A program made the translations under genes and the position numbers. A stretch of DNA of 64,000 bases from an uncultured Opitutia bacterium (GTDB lineage: Bacteria; Verrucomicrobiota; Verrucomicrobiia; Opitutales; Puniceicoccaceae), in assembly GCA_913056175.1 (NCBI GenBank), contig CAJXLM010000004.1, forward strand, positions 23,189-87,188. The letters are read 5' to 3'. Of this stretch, positions 25,705 to 36,312 are shown piece by piece (position 1 is the stretch's first letter; each line of letters opens with the position of its first letter). Below the pieces are notes generated by a model. The model made no database searches and was not told the origin of the DNA. It was given only the letters and a program-made list of their open reading frames with translations.

Positions 25705-26433
25705 CTACCCGTGGGGCACGGAGGCTGCCGTTTCGTCCGCGGGGCTGAGGAAGCGGTAGCCGATTCCCCGGACGGTCTCGAGCTGGTCGGCGTAGGGCCC
25801 GAGTTTCTCCCGGAGCCGCCGCACATGGGTGTCCACGGTGCGGGTCTCGGTGGTGCTGCGGTAGTTCCAGACGCGCGCGAGAAGCTCCTCGCGGGGGATG
25901 ATCTCGTCGCGGCGCCCGAGGAAGACCTGGAGGAGGCGGTACTCGGTGGCGGTGATCTCGACGACGGAGCCCTCGATTTCGAGTCTCTGGAAGTCCTTGT
26001 CCAGCCACAGTTGGCCGACGCGGAGACCGGATTCCTGCTGGCGGGAACTCTCCACGCGCTTGAGGATGGCGCGGATGCGGAGGAGGAGCTCGCGGGCGTG
26101 GAAGGGCTTGGCGATGTAGTCATCGACCCCCGATTCGAGCCCGCGCACCCGGTCTTCCGGCTCGCCCCGGGCGGTGAGGAAGACAACGGGGACAGGCCCT
26201 AGCTCAGGGTCCTCCTTGAGACGCTCGCAGAGCTGGTAACCGCTCATCCCGGGCATCATGATGTCGAGGAGGACGAGGTCCGGGTGGAAGGTGCGCGCCT
26301 GGCCGAGGGCCTCCCGGGGACGGTTGACGGCGAGGACCTCAAAGCCGGCGGTGTCCAGCTGGTAGGTGAGCAGGTCGGTGGCGTCCTTCTCGTCGTCGAC
26401 GACGAAAATCCGCTGGGGGGGAGGCGTGCTCAT
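25705..26433 (-). CDS. response regulator, OmpR/PhoB family
   Basis: IFVVDDEKD...DLVLLDIMMPGMSG...YIAKPF receiver domain plus a winged-helix output (TATEYRLLQVF...TVDTHVRRLREKL). Confidence 0.92.
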   Translation of the reverse strand: MSTPPPQRIFVVDDEKDATDLLTYQLDTAGFEVLAVNRPREALGQARTFHPDLVLLDIMMPGMSGYQLCERLKEDPELGPVPVVFLTARGEPEDRVRGLESGVDDYIAKPFHARELLLRIRAILKRVESSRQQESGLRVGQLWLDKDFQRLEIEGSVVEITATEYRLLQVFLGRRDEIIPREELLARVWNYRSTTETRTVDTHVRRLREKLGPYADQLETVRGIGYRFLSPADETAASVPHG

Positions 26434-26507
26434 GGCAGAAGGAGATCTGCTGGGCAGCCTAGGGACGCCAACGGGAGGCGCAAGGGGAAAGGGAGCGAAG
26501 GGGGCAC

Positions 26508-28409
26508 TCAGCTCGCGGGTGCGGTGGAGCGTGAGACCGCGTGGCGCCGGTGAAGGTGGACCTGGAGGAGGCGGATGTCGGCCGGACTGACCCCACTGAT
26601 CCGCTGGGCTGCCCCGAGGTCGGCGGGTCGGTGGGTGGCCAGTTTGTCGGCCGATTCCCTCTTCAGGCCGGCCACGCTCTGGTAGTCGAGGGAATCGGGA
26701 ATTTTTTGGCGCTCCAGGTGGCGGAATTTCTCGACCTCCCGCTGCTCGCGCTCGAGGTAGCCGCGGTAGCGGACCCGGTAGTCGACCTCGGCCTGCTCGG
26801 CCGGGGTGAGGCCGGCGAGGTCCGGGAGCGCGGCGAGGAGGGAGGCACCCCGCCGGATTTGTTCGCCGGGGCAATGGGCGGTACCGTTCCCCCGCTCGCA
26901 CGCGCGGACGGCGGCCTCGATCCGGTCCCGCTTGGCCCGCATGCGGCGGAGGCGGGCCTCCGGGACGAGGTCGTAGGCGCCGGCGGCCTCGACGAGGCGG
27001 GGTTCGGCGCTGTCCATGTTGAGGAGGAGCCGGAACTCGGCCCGGCTGGTGAACATGCGAAAGGGTTCGCGGGTTCCCTTGGTGACGAGGTCGTCGACGA
27101 GGACGCCGAGGTAGGCGTCGCGGCGGGAGAGGACGAGGGGCGCTTCGCCTCGGCTCTTGGCGACGGCGTTGACTCCGGCGAGGAGGCCCTGGCCGGCAGC
27201 CTCCTCGTAGCCGGAGGTGCCGTTGATTTGGCCGGCGAAGAAGAGATTTTCCACCCGGCGCGACTCGAGGGAGGGCCACAGTTGGGTGGGCGGCGCGAAG
27301 TCGTACTCGACGGCGTAGGCGGGGCGGAGCATCTCGACCTGTTCGAGGCCGGGAATGGTGCGGAGGAAGCGGACCTGGACGTCGAAGGGCAGGCTGGTGG
27401 AACAGCCGTTGATGTACCACTCGTTGGTGTGGCGGCCCTCGGGCTCGAGAAAGAGGCGGTGGCTGGGTTGGTCGGGGAATTTGACGAACTTGTCCTCGAT
27501 GCTCGGGCAGTAGCGGGGCCCGGCGGACTGGATTTCGCCGCTGTACAGGGGGGAGCGGTGGAGGTTTTCCCGGATGAGGGCTTCGGTGGCTTCGGTGGTG
27601 GCGGTCATCCAGCAGGAAACGCGGACGCTCCCGGGGCGCCACCCGGCGCCGGTCTCGCCGGGTTGTTCCACGTGGAACAAGTCCTCCCCCTCCCGGGTGT
27701 CGTAGGAGCCGAAGAGCGTCGGTTCCCCATCCCCCGGCTGTTCCTCCAGCCGGGAGAGGTCGAGAGTGCGGCCCAGCAGCCGGGGCGGAGTCCCCGTTTT
27801 CAGGCGTTCCAGCTCGATGCCCGCCTCGAGGAAGCTCCCGGAGAGGCCCTCGGCGGAAAAGTCACCCAGCCGCCCCCCCTTGTTGCGGTGCTCGCCGATG
27901 TGCATGAGCCCGCGGAGGAAGGTGCCGGTGGTCACGACGACCGTGCGGGCGTAAAAGTCGATGCCGAGGGAGGTGCTCACCCCGATCACCCGGTCACCGC
28001 GGAAGATGAGACCCGTGACCATGGCCTGGAAGAGGTGGAGCCCGGGCTGGTGTTCGAGCACCTGCTTCATCCGGAACTGGTAGGCCTTCTTGTCGCACTG
28101 CGCCCGGGCCGCCCGGACCGCCGGGCCCTTGGAGGCATTCAGGAGGCGGAACTGGATCGCGGTGTGGTCGGCGTTCACCCCCATGGCGCCCCCGAGGGCG
28201 TCGATCTCCCGCACGAGGTGCCCCTTGGCCTGGCCGCCGATGGCCGGGTTGCAGCTCATCTGGGCGACCGTGTCGAGATTGCCCGTGAGCATGAGGGTGG
28301 ACGCCCCGCGCCGCGCCGCGGCGAGGGCCGCCTCGCAGCCGGCGTGGCCGGCCCCGCAGACGAGGACATCGTAGGGCTCGTGGGGCCCGGAGCGGAGGGC
28401 GGTAGTCAT
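26508..28409 (-). CDS. mnmG: tRNA uridine-5-carboxymethylaminomethyl modification enzyme MnmG (GidA)
   Basis: [24 protein letters not shown] motif. 633 aa with GidA-typical conservation throughout. Confidence 0.97.
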   Translation of the reverse strand: MTTALRSGPHEPYDVLVCGAGHAGCEAALAAARRGASTLMLTGNLDTVAQMSCNPAIGGQAKGHLVREIDALGGAMGVNADHTAIQFRLLNASKGPAVRAARAQCDKKAYQFRMKQVLEHQPGLHLFQAMVTGLIFRGDRVIGVSTSLGIDFYARTVVVTTGTFLRGLMHIGEHRNKGGRLGDFSAEGLSGSFLEAGIELERLKTGTPPRLLGRTLDLSRLEEQPGDGEPTLFGSYDTREGEDLFHVEQPGETGAGWRPGSVRVSCWMTATTEATEALIRENLHRSPLYSGEIQSAGPRYCPSIEDKFVKFPDQPSHRLFLEPEGRHTNEWYINGCSTSLPFDVQVRFLRTIPGLEQVEMLRPAYAVEYDFAPPTQLWPSLESRRVENLFFAGQINGTSGYEEAAGQGLLAGVNAVAKSRGEAPLVLSRRDAYLGVLVDDLVTKGTREPFRMFTSRAEFRLLLNMDSAEPRLVEAAGAYDLVPEARLRRMRAKRDRIEAAVRACERGNGTAHCPGEQIRRGASLLAALPDLAGLTPAEQAEVDYRVRYRGYLEREQREVEKFRHLERQKIPDSLDYQSVAGLKRESADKLATHRPADLGAAQRISGVSPADIRLLQVHLHRRHAVSRSTAPAS

Positions 28410-29767
28410 TTCCCGATGCAGAACTCCCCGAAGAGGACATCGAGCATGTCCTCGTTGTCAACGTGGCCGACGATGGCCCCGAGGTCGTCGAGAGCCGCCC
28501 GCACCTCCGGGACGATCCATTCGGGCGAGAGGGCATCGCCGAGGGCCTCCCGGGCCCGCTCGAGGGAGGCCAGGCTGTGCTGCAAGTGGAGGATGTGCCG
28601 GCGGTTGTAGAGCACGCGGGATTCGGCGTCGGCCAGCAAGCCCCCCCGCAACTGGTCCTCCCAGGTCTGCAGGAAGGCGTCGAAGCCGTCCCCGGTCTCC
28701 GCGGAGAGGGCGACCCGGGGCACCCCCGGCAACTCGTCCTCCCGGTCGGGGCCGAAGGCGGGGAGATCGGCCTTGTTGCGGACGAGGAGGGCGCGCCCGG
28801 GATCCGGGGGCGCCGGCAGGAGGGCCTCCCAGTCGGTGGGCGCCCGCAGGGTGCCGTCGGTGACGAGGAGGAGGAAATCGGCGGTGGCGGCGAGTTCCCG
28901 GGCCCGTTCGCGCCCGGCGGCCTCGAGGGCCCCTCCCTCCTCCCGGAACCCGGCGGTGTCGTAGATCTGCACCGGGTAGGGGCCGAGGGCAAAGGGTTCC
29001 TGCAGGTAGTCGCGGGTGGTGCCGGCCTCGGCGCTGACGAGGGCGCGCTCCGCGCCGAGGATGCGGTTGAGGAGGCGGCTCTTCCCGGCGTTGACCGGCC
29101 CGAGGAGGACGGTGCGGATCCCGCGGTGGAGGAGTTCCCGCTGTTCGCCGGTGCGGATCATCGCGCGGAGGGCGGCGAGGCTGTGTTCGCAGCGGGCGAT
29201 GGTTCGGGCGGCGGCCTCCGGGGGGAGGTCCTCCTCGGGAAAGTCGAGGTAGGCTTCCAGTTCCGCGAGCAGCGCGAGCAGTTCGTCGACGCGCTCCTGC
29301 ACTTCGCGCCCGAGTCCGCCGGCCAGCTGCTGCCGGGACTGGCGGAGGGCGGCCTCGCTGCGCGCGCGAATGAGGTCGGCCACGGCCTCGGCCTGGGAGA
29401 GGTCGAGGCGGCCCTCGAGGTAGGCGGTGCGGGTGAATTCCCCGGGCTCGGCCGGCCGGCAGCCGCGGGCGGCGAGGTCGGCGAGGATGCGGTCGACGAG
29501 GAGGGGGTTCCCGTGCAGGGAGAGCTCGAGCAGTTCGCGCCCGAGGGGGGAGCGGTTCGCCGGATAGTGGAGGGCCACGACCTGGTCGACGATCCCGCCG
29601 GCGAGGTCGCGGTACCAGGCGGTGCGGGCCCGGCGGGCCCGCTCCGGGGTGGGCTCGAGGCCGAGGGCCTCGCGGAGCAGCCGGGGCACGAGGGGCCCGC
29701 AGGCCCGCACCACGGCGAGGGCGGATTCGCCCGGCGGGGTGGCCGGAGCGGCAAAGGTGTCCGTCAT
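28406..29767 (-). CDS. mnmE: tRNA modification GTPase MnmE (TrmE)
   Basis: G-domain [20 protein letters not shown], and the C-terminal FCIGK motif. Its stop overlaps the mnmG start (ATGA). Confidence 0.95.
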   Translation of the reverse strand: MTDTFAAPATPPGESALAVVRACGPLVPRLLREALGLEPTPERARRARTAWYRDLAGGIVDQVVALHYPANRSPLGRELLELSLHGNPLLVDRILADLAARGCRPAEPGEFTRTAYLEGRLDLSQAEAVADLIRARSEAALRQSRQQLAGGLGREVQERVDELLALLAELEAYLDFPEEDLPPEAAARTIARCEHSLAALRAMIRTGEQRELLHRGIRTVLLGPVNAGKSRLLNRILGAERALVSAEAGTTRDYLQEPFALGPYPVQIYDTAGFREEGGALEAAGRERARELAATADFLLLVTDGTLRAPTDWEALLPAPPDPGRALLVRNKADLPAFGPDREDELPGVPRVALSAETGDGFDAFLQTWEDQLRGGLLADAESRVLYNRRHILHLQHSLASLERAREALGDALSPEWIVPEVRAALDDLGAIVGHVDNEDMLDVLFGEFCIGK

Positions 29768-29806
29768 GGGCCGGGGAGGTGCCGAGCCTTCACCGGGGCC
29801 GCGGTC

Positions 29807-30940
29807 TCAGGCCCTGTCCCCGCCCGCGGGGGCCGCATCGGTTCCGGCGGGGGCCTCCCCGGCCGGGGCCGGCTCCTCTGGTCGGTCCTCGTCGCCCCCG
29901 GCGAGCACGTTGCCGACCTCGACCTTCACCTTCTCGCGGATCTTCCCGGTCAGCTCTTCCATCAGCTCGGGACGCTCCCGCAGGTAGGCCTTGGCGGCTT
30001 CCCGGCCCTGGCCGAGGAGGTCGCCGTTGTAGGAGATCCAGGCCCCGCGCTTCTCGAGGATCTTCTGTTCGATGCCGAGGTCGATGAGGGAGCCGCTCCG
30101 GGAAACCCCCTCGTTGTACACGATGTCGAACTCGCACTCCGTGAAGGGGGCGGCCACCTTGTTCTTCACCACCTTCACCCGGGTGCGGTTGCCGGTGACC
30201 TTGCCGGAGGGATCCTTGATCTGACCGATCCGGCGGATGTCCATGCGGACGGAGGCAAAGAACTTGAGGGCGCGCCCTCCCGGCTGGGTCTCCGGGCTCC
30301 CGAACATCACTCCGATCTTTTCCCGAATCTGGTTGGTAAAGACGCAGACACAATGAGTTCTGTTAATGGCTGCCGTGAGCCGACGCATCGCTTGGCTCAT
30401 AAGACGGGCCTGGACGCCGACCGTTGCGTCCCCCATCTGACCCTCGAGTTCACTCTTGGAAACGAGCGCGGCGACCGAGTCGATCACGATGACATCGATC
30501 GCGCCGGAGCGGATGAGGGTCTCGGTGATGTTGAGGGCGTCCTCCCCGGATTCCGGCTGCGAGACCATGAGCTTCCCGAGGTCGACCCCGACGACCTTCG
30601 CGTAGCGCGGGTCGAGGGCGTGCTCGACATCGATGAAGACGGCGTTCCCCCCCTGGCGTTGGGCTTCGGCGATGAGGTTGAGGCAGAGGGTGGTCTTCCC
30701 CGAGGATTCCGGGCCGTAGATTTCGCAGATCCGCCCCCGCGGCAGCCCCCCGACCCCAAGGGCGAGGTCGATGGAGATGGACCCGGTGGAGATGGTCGGC
30801 ACGTCGAGGTGGCGGTTGTCGCCCAGCCGGATGAGCGAGTTTTCCCCGAACTGCCGGTTGATGCTGGAAACGGCGAGGTCGAGGTCCCGGTTCCCGGTCT
30901 TGAAATCTTCTTTTTCCTTGGTCGCTGCTTGCTTGGCCAT
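29807..30940 (-). CDS. recA: recombinase RecA
   Basis: From ATG 30940: ...[19 protein letters not shown]..., with L1/L2 regions conserved. 377 aa with a Pro/Ala/Asp/Glu-rich C-terminal tail. Confidence 0.97.
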   Translation of the reverse strand: MAKQAATKEKEDFKTGNRDLDLAVSSINRQFGENSLIRLGDNRHLDVPTISTGSISIDLALGVGGLPRGRICEIYGPESSGKTTLCLNLIAEAQRQGGNAVFIDVEHALDPRYAKVVGVDLGKLMVSQPESGEDALNITETLIRSGAIDVIVIDSVAALVSKSELEGQMGDATVGVQARLMSQAMRRLTAAINRTHCVCVFTNQIREKIGVMFGSPETQPGGRALKFFASVRMDIRRIGQIKDPSGKVTGNRTRVKVVKNKVAAPFTECEFDIVYNEGVSRSGSLIDLGIEQKILEKRGAWISYNGDLLGQGREAAKAYLRERPELMEELTGKIREKVKVEVGNVLAGGDEDRPEEPAPAGEAPAGTDAAPAGGDRA

Positions 30941-31073
30941 GATCGTGAGGGTAGCTGGAGGTGTAAGGCAGACCGGCCCAACCGCCGGCTCATTGCGTAT
31001 GGTGCAAATGTTTACCTCACATGGCAAGACTCCTGTGCGGGATTCCTCCCGCGGGCGGGTGCGCTCCTGAATC

Positions 31074-31718
31074 GTGCGGAGCTGGGACCACATCGTCTGG
31101 GACTGGAACGGAACCCTCCTCGAGGACCGGCACATCTGCGTGGCGGTGCTCAACGAGATGCTGACGGAACGGGAGCTCGAGCCGATCAGCGAGGACCGCT
31201 ACCGGGAGATCTTTGACTTTCCGGTGATCGAGTTCTACCGGCAGCTGGGCTTTCCGACCGATCAGGAAGTCTTCGAGCGGATCTCCCACCGCTTCATCCG
31301 GCGCTATGCGGAGCGGGCGGTCGATTGCCGGTTGCAGCCGGGGGCGCGCAGCCTCCTTTGGCAGCTCCGGGAGGACCAGCTCGGCCAGTCGGTGCTCTCG
31401 GCGGCGCAGCAGGACTCCCTGGAACGGGCGGTGGAGGAGCACGGGCTGGCGGATTGCTTCGAACACGTGGTGGGGGCACCCGACTTCCTCGCGCACGGGA
31501 AGGAGGAGGCCGGCCGTGCCTGGATCGGGGCGCGCACCTTCGACCCGGGCCGGGTGGTCCTGGTGGGCGACACGCTGCACGACCACCGGGTGGCCGAGGC
31601 CATGGGGACGGACTGCGTCCTCCTCGCCCACGGCCACCACTCCCGGGAGCGGCTGGAGCGGACGGGCCGGCCGGTCCTGGAGGGCCTGGGGGCGCTCGCG
31701 GAATTCCTCGAGGGATAG
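31074..31718 (+). CDS. HAD-superfamily hydrolase (phosphoglycolate-phosphatase-like)
   Basis: Motif [12 protein letters not shown] (DxDxT variant) and motif IV-like VGDTLHD. 214 aa. GTG start. Confidence 0.8.
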   Translation: MRSWDHIVWDWNGTLLEDRHICVAVLNEMLTERELEPISEDRYREIFDFPVIEFYRQLGFPTDQEVFERISHRFIRRYAERAVDCRLQPGARSLLWQLREDQLGQSVLSAAQQDSLERAVEEHGLADCFEHVVGAPDFLAHGKEEAGRAWIGARTFDPGRVVLVGDTLHDHRVAEAMGTDCVLLAHGHHSRERLERTGRPVLEGLGALAEFLEG

Positions 31719-31796
31719 CGGAGCGGGCGCTGCCGGGGCGATCCGCCGGGTGGGAGAGGGGTTGCCGTGGGGGCGCCGGGCTGGCTTGCTTCGGGT

Positions 31797-33995
31797 ATGG
31801 GCGCGAGGTGCGGCATCCCGGTCAGGAAAGGCGTCCCCCGGAAGGCGTTCGTCCTCTGGTGGCTCGCCCTGGCTTGCGGGCTGGTTCCCTCCCCGGCTTC
31901 CGGCCAGGCGGCGGCGGAGGAGTTGCGGAGCGGTTGGTTCATTCGGCCGCCCTACATGATGGAGCGGCAGGAGGGGAACCTCACGGTGTTGACGGGGCTG
32001 GAGATCCAGTTCGCCCGCAAGCTCTTCGAGGGGACGGGCTACCGGGCGAAGTTCGAGCCGCTTTCCTGGGCGGAGTCCCTCCAGGGGCTCCGCCTGGGGA
32101 CCGTCGACTTCGTCACGGGTGCCTACGAGATTGAGAGCCGCAAGGAGTACGCGCACTACTCGATCCCCTACCGCCACGAGGAAATGGTCCTCTACTACCG
32201 GCGGGGGGACCCGGGTTTCGCGGAGGTCCGCACGCTCGCGGAGCTCTTTTCCCTCCTCCGGCAGCGCCCGCTCCGGATGGGATACACGGCCGGTTTCGCG
32301 GTCGGTGCGCAGGACGTGCAGCAATTCTTCGACGACCCACCCCCGACCCTCGAGCGGGTGCCCTCCTCCGGGTACCAGGACAACCTCCGGCTGATGGCCG
32401 ACGGGGCGATTGATTTCTTCATCGCCAATCCGGTGGTCATGGACCGGATGCTCCTCGCGGAGGATCTCCGCGGGGTCATTGCCAAGGGGAAGGTTTCCGT
32501 CGGCCGGATTCCGGTCCACGTCCTCTTCAGCAAGGTCACGGTGGAGCCGGAGGAGGTGGAGTTGTTCAATCGGCGGATCGGGCGCCTCCGCGAGACGGGC
32601 ACGATCCGCCGGCTCTACATCAACACCGTTCTCCCCTTCTACCTGACGGTGACCACGAGCCAGCTGTGGTTTGAGGGGATCACCGCCCTCGGGATCGTCG
32701 CCTTTTCCCTCTCCGGCGTCATCCTCGCCCGCCGGGAACGCTACAACGTGTTCGGGGCCCTCATCCTCGGGACCCTTCCGGCCATCGGGGGCGGGGTGCT
32801 CCGGGATCTCTTCCTCGGCAGCGGGCGGATCTTTGTCCTCGAGACGCCGTTCCACTTCCTCGCGGCCATCGCCGTGGTCCTTCTCTCCTTCCTGCTGCTG
32901 CGGGCGGTCGACTGGATCCGGGCCCGCCGGAAGCCGGGGCGGAGGGTCGCGGGCCTCCGCGGCTCGAGCAGGCTGGGACGCCTGTTCGGCGGACTCTACC
33001 ACTTTTTCGATGCGTGGGCGGTGGCCGCGTTCACGATCATCGGGGTGAGTGCCGCCGTGGAAACGGGGGCCACCCCGCTCTGGCTCTGGGGGCCCGCGAT
33101 GGGCGTGCTGACCGCCTCGGGCGGGGTCGTCCTCCGCGACATGGTGCGGGCGGAGTTCAATATCGAGATGCTCAAGAAGGATTCCTTTGCGGAGGTCTCC
33201 ATCGTCGGGGGTTCCCTCTACACGGCGGCCCTCCTCGCCTACCCGGAGCAGCTCAGCGGAGGCGCCCATCTCCCGGTGACCCTCGGTTTCATTTCGGCCC
33301 TCTTTCTCCTCCGCTTCCTGATTCTCCGGCGGGGGTGGACGAATCCCTTCCAGTTTGGCGATGCCGTCGAGGGACCGGAAGTGCGGCTCACCCTCCTCCG
33401 GGAGCGGGAAGCGGCCCTTTGGCGGTACCTCGTCGCCTTCCACGCCCATTCCCCGGAAGGGGAGTCGGTCGCCGACCTCGAGGAGCTGCACAACCGATTC
33501 TTCTACGAGTGGACGGGCTTGCGCAATGAGCTCGAGGGAATGGCCGAGCAGTCGCGGGAAATCGCCCGCATGCCCTCCTACCGACACGGCGTCCACCGGC
33601 TCCACCTCCTTGCCCACCTCGAGACGGTCCTCTACGAGATGGCCGGGGAGAGTCCCGACCCGGAAACCCGCGTTGGCCGGAGGGACCGGGAGCTGGCCGC
33701 CGAATTCCGCGCCTTGCTGGGGAAGGTCGGGGTGCAGGTGGCCCAGCCGGGAGGGGAGGGCCGCGCCGAGCTGCGGCGAAGACACGCCCACCTGATGGAG
33801 GCCTGCCGGCGGAACCGCGAGGAGCCACCCTCCGCCTCCCGCTCCGACCGACGCTGGATCTACCGGCTGGAGCGGATGACCTATTTGCTGGGCGAGTACC
33901 TGGAGACGGCCAGCGAGCCGGCGGATTCCGCAGGTTGCAAAACATCCGCTGAACGGCCAACGCAGGAATCGCTTGCGGTACTCCTTGGGAGATGA
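31797..33995 (+). CDS. fusion protein: signal peptide, family-3 solute-binding domain, 2x UPF0126/TRIC membrane repeats, cytoplasmic PhoU-like helical domain (paralog 1)
   Basis: SBP-like region WFIRPPYMM...GTVDFVTGAYEI...IDFFIANPVVMDRML. TRIC glycine motifs AIGGGVLRDLFLG and ASGGVVLRDMVRAEF. Helical tail with ...WIYRLERMTYLLGEYLE. ATG 31797 gives a good signal peptide; GTG 31767 is also possible. Confidence 0.8.
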   Translation: MGARCGIPVRKGVPRKAFVLWWLALACGLVPSPASGQAAAEELRSGWFIRPPYMMERQEGNLTVLTGLEIQFARKLFEGTGYRAKFEPLSWAESLQGLRLGTVDFVTGAYEIESRKEYAHYSIPYRHEEMVLYYRRGDPGFAEVRTLAELFSLLRQRPLRMGYTAGFAVGAQDVQQFFDDPPPTLERVPSSGYQDNLRLMADGAIDFFIANPVVMDRMLLAEDLRGVIAKGKVSVGRIPVHVLFSKVTVEPEEVELFNRRIGRLRETGTIRRLYINTVLPFYLTVTTSQLWFEGITALGIVAFSLSGVILARRERYNVFGALILGTLPAIGGGVLRDLFLGSGRIFVLETPFHFLAAIAVVLLSFLLLRAVDWIRARRKPGRRVAGLRGSSRLGRLFGGLYHFFDAWAVAAFTIIGVSAAVETGATPLWLWGPAMGVLTASGGVVLRDMVRAEFNIEMLKKDSFAEVSIVGGSLYTAALLAYPEQLSGGAHLPVTLGFISALFLLRFLILRRGWTNPFQFGDAVEGPEVRLTLLREREAALWRYLVAFHAHSPEGESVADLEELHNRFFYEWTGLRNELEGMAEQSREIARMPSYRHGVHRLHLLAHLETVLYEMAGESPDPETRVGRRDRELAAEFRALLGKVGVQVAQPGGEGRAELRRRHAHLMEACRRNREEPPSASRSDRRWIYRLERMTYLLGEYLETASEPADSAGCKTSAERPTQESLAVLLGR

Positions 33996-34071
33996 AAGGT
34001 TGCCATCTTACCAACCTTGCGAGCGAAGTAAAACCTTGCCGCACGGGTAAGCGAAATCCTCTCTTCAACGA

Positions 34072-36255
34072 ATGTTCGGCGCGGGCGGCCAGATAACTTC
34101 GGGAAGGCAGCGTCGATCGGGTGTGGTGTGGTTGATTTGCCTAATCACCGTTGGATCCCCTCTTGTACCGAAACCTGCAACGGGTCAGGCGGCGGCAGAG
34201 GAACTTACAACAGGCTGGTTCATTCGACCGCCCTACATGATGGAAGTGCAGCGTGGGGAACAGTTGGTGCTAACAGGACTCGCGATTCTCTTGAGCAAGG
34301 AAATGATGAAGGGAACGGAGTTCCGTCCGGAATTCCTCCCCTTGTCTTGGGCGGAATCGTTGCAGGGCCTTCGGGACGGTACTGTCGACTTCGTGATGGG
34401 GGCTTACGAAATCGATGCACGGAAGGAGTTCGCCTATTATTCGATTCCCTACCGAGAGGAGGAGATGGCCCTCTATCACCGGGTGGGGGACAAGGAACTG
34501 CAAAACGTCCGGGATCTTGCCCAGTTTTTCTCCCTACTTCGCGAACGTCCTTTCCGAATGGGTTACACGGATGGTTTTGCGGTGGGAGGTCAGAAGGTGC
34601 AGGCTTTTTTCGACAATCCTCCCCCGACTCTCGAACGAGTGCCCTCTTCGGGATACTCGGATAACCTCCGGTTGCTTCTCAACGGGACGATCGACTTCTT
34701 CATCGCGAACCCGGTCGTCATGGACCGCATGCTATTGGCGGAGGGGATGAGGGGGAAGATTGTAAAGGGAAAGGTCACCATCGCCGAAATCCCGGTCCAC
34801 ATTCTGTTCAGCAAGTCGTCGATCGAACCTTCGGAAGTTTCTATTTTCAACGACAGGCTTCGAGTGATGCTGGAAGACGGAACCTTTCGAAGACTGTTCA
34901 TTAACACGATCCTTCCGTTTTATCTAGCAGCAACCACTAGCCAGCCATGGTTCGAGTGGCTAACGGTCCTTGGGGTAATGGCGTTTGCCCTCTCTGGAGT
35001 GATTCTGGCCCGGAAGGAAAGCTACAACGTCTCCGGTGCCTTGGTCCTCGTAACCCTGTCAGCGATCGGCGGGGGAGTGCTGCGGGATCTCTTTCTTGGA
35101 ACCAGCCAGATCTTTATCCTCGACACACCGTTGTTTTTCCTCGCGGCCGTGTCCGTGGTTATCGTTTCCTTCGTCGGGTTGCGGATCTACGATTATCTCC
35201 GCAACCGGGGATCAGGGATTCAAGCGCGAGGCGATCCCCCTCTTTCCGGTCGGCTCAGTCGGTTTTTTGAAGGATTGTACCACTTTTTCGATGCGTGGGG
35301 TGTTGCTGCGTTAACTATCATCGGAGTCAGTGCAGCGGTTGAGATAGGGGCTACACCGCTCTGGCTGTGGGGTCCGGTCATGGGTGGGCTGACTGCTTCG
35401 GGAGGTGTAGTGCTGCGGGATATGGTGCGGGCCGAGTTCAATATTGAAATGCTTAAAAAGGATCTTTATGCCGAAATTTCGGTGGCAGGCGGGGCTATTT
35501 ATACCTTAGTGCTCCTTCTTTTTCCCGAGCAATTCAGTAGTGGTGCCTACTTGCCGGTGACTATTGGATTTATCTTTGCTCTCTTCTTTCTGCGCTTTGC
35601 GGTGCTTCGCAGGGGCTGGAAAAACCCCCTTCAGTTCGGGGATGTCATGAACCGGCCGGAACGGCGACTCCGGACACTCCGGCAACGGGAGGCGGCTCTC
35701 TGGCGATACCTCAGTGCCTTTTATGGGGAAGCCCCCTATGAGCACACGGAGCGGGAGTTGGAAGAATTGCACAACCAATTTTTCTACGACCTAACAGAGT
35801 TGCGGAAGGATCTCAACGGCCTTGCGGAGGAATGTCTCGATGCGACCCGATCACCGGCGTATCGGCGGGCCCTGATCCGACTGAATTTACTCTCGCTCCT
35901 TGAAGCCGGTCTGTACGAATTCTCTCGCGATCCCGGGGAGGCAGAAACGGTCGAAGGGCAAGAAGAGAAAAAATTGGCGGGCAGCTTTCGTGCCCTGCTT
36001 GGGCAGATGGGACAGCAGGTGGCGGAGCCGAGCGAGGACCAGCGTGAGGAGTTGCGCACCCACCACGCCGCCATTATGGCGGAGTGCCAACGCAGGCGGG
36101 ATCCACCGCCCCAACAGTCGTCGAACCGATGGCGCTGGATCTACCGAATGGAGAGAATGGGCTACTTGCTCGGGGAGTATCTGCAGGCTACAGGAGAGTG
36201 GGAACGGGCTCCGGTGAGCCTCCGGGTCGACCGTCGGGCGCTTCCGCAACAGTAA
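34072..36255 (+). CDS. fusion protein of the same architecture (paralog 2), low-GC copy
   Basis: Collinear with paralog 1 over the full length (70/99 identities in a hand-counted stretch). Same motifs: AIGGGVLRDLFLG, ASGGVVLRDMVRAEFNIEMLKKD, WIYRMERMGYLLGEYLQ. Its nucleotide composition is clearly AT-richer than the surroundings. Confidence 0.8.
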   Translation: MFGAGGQITSGRQRRSGVVWLICLITVGSPLVPKPATGQAAAEELTTGWFIRPPYMMEVQRGEQLVLTGLAILLSKEMMKGTEFRPEFLPLSWAESLQGLRDGTVDFVMGAYEIDARKEFAYYSIPYREEEMALYHRVGDKELQNVRDLAQFFSLLRERPFRMGYTDGFAVGGQKVQAFFDNPPPTLERVPSSGYSDNLRLLLNGTIDFFIANPVVMDRMLLAEGMRGKIVKGKVTIAEIPVHILFSKSSIEPSEVSIFNDRLRVMLEDGTFRRLFINTILPFYLAATTSQPWFEWLTVLGVMAFALSGVILARKESYNVSGALVLVTLSAIGGGVLRDLFLGTSQIFILDTPLFFLAAVSVVIVSFVGLRIYDYLRNRGSGIQARGDPPLSGRLSRFFEGLYHFFDAWGVAALTIIGVSAAVEIGATPLWLWGPVMGGLTASGGVVLRDMVRAEFNIEMLKKDLYAEISVAGGAIYTLVLLLFPEQFSSGAYLPVTIGFIFALFFLRFAVLRRGWKNPLQFGDVMNRPERRLRTLRQREAALWRYLSAFYGEAPYEHTERELEELHNQFFYDLTELRKDLNGLAEECLDATRSPAYRRALIRLNLLSLLEAGLYEFSRDPGEAETVEGQEEKKLAGSFRALLGQMGQQVAEPSEDQREELRTHHAAIMAECQRRRDPPPQQSSNRWRWIYRMERMGYLLGEYLQATGEWERAPVSLRVDRRALPQQ

Positions 36256-36312
36256 ATCGGCTTGGACTGACCGACCTGCGGAGATCGACAGTCCCGCAGC
36301 CGAAGGGCGGCC

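Noticed and set aside
30941-31073. Search for a LexA/SOS box upstream of recA.
   Set aside because: No CTGT-N8-ACAG, GAAC-N4-GTTC or TGTTC-type palindrome is visible in the 133-nt upstream region. Only a weak TGC-N7-GCA was seen, so no regulatory call is made.
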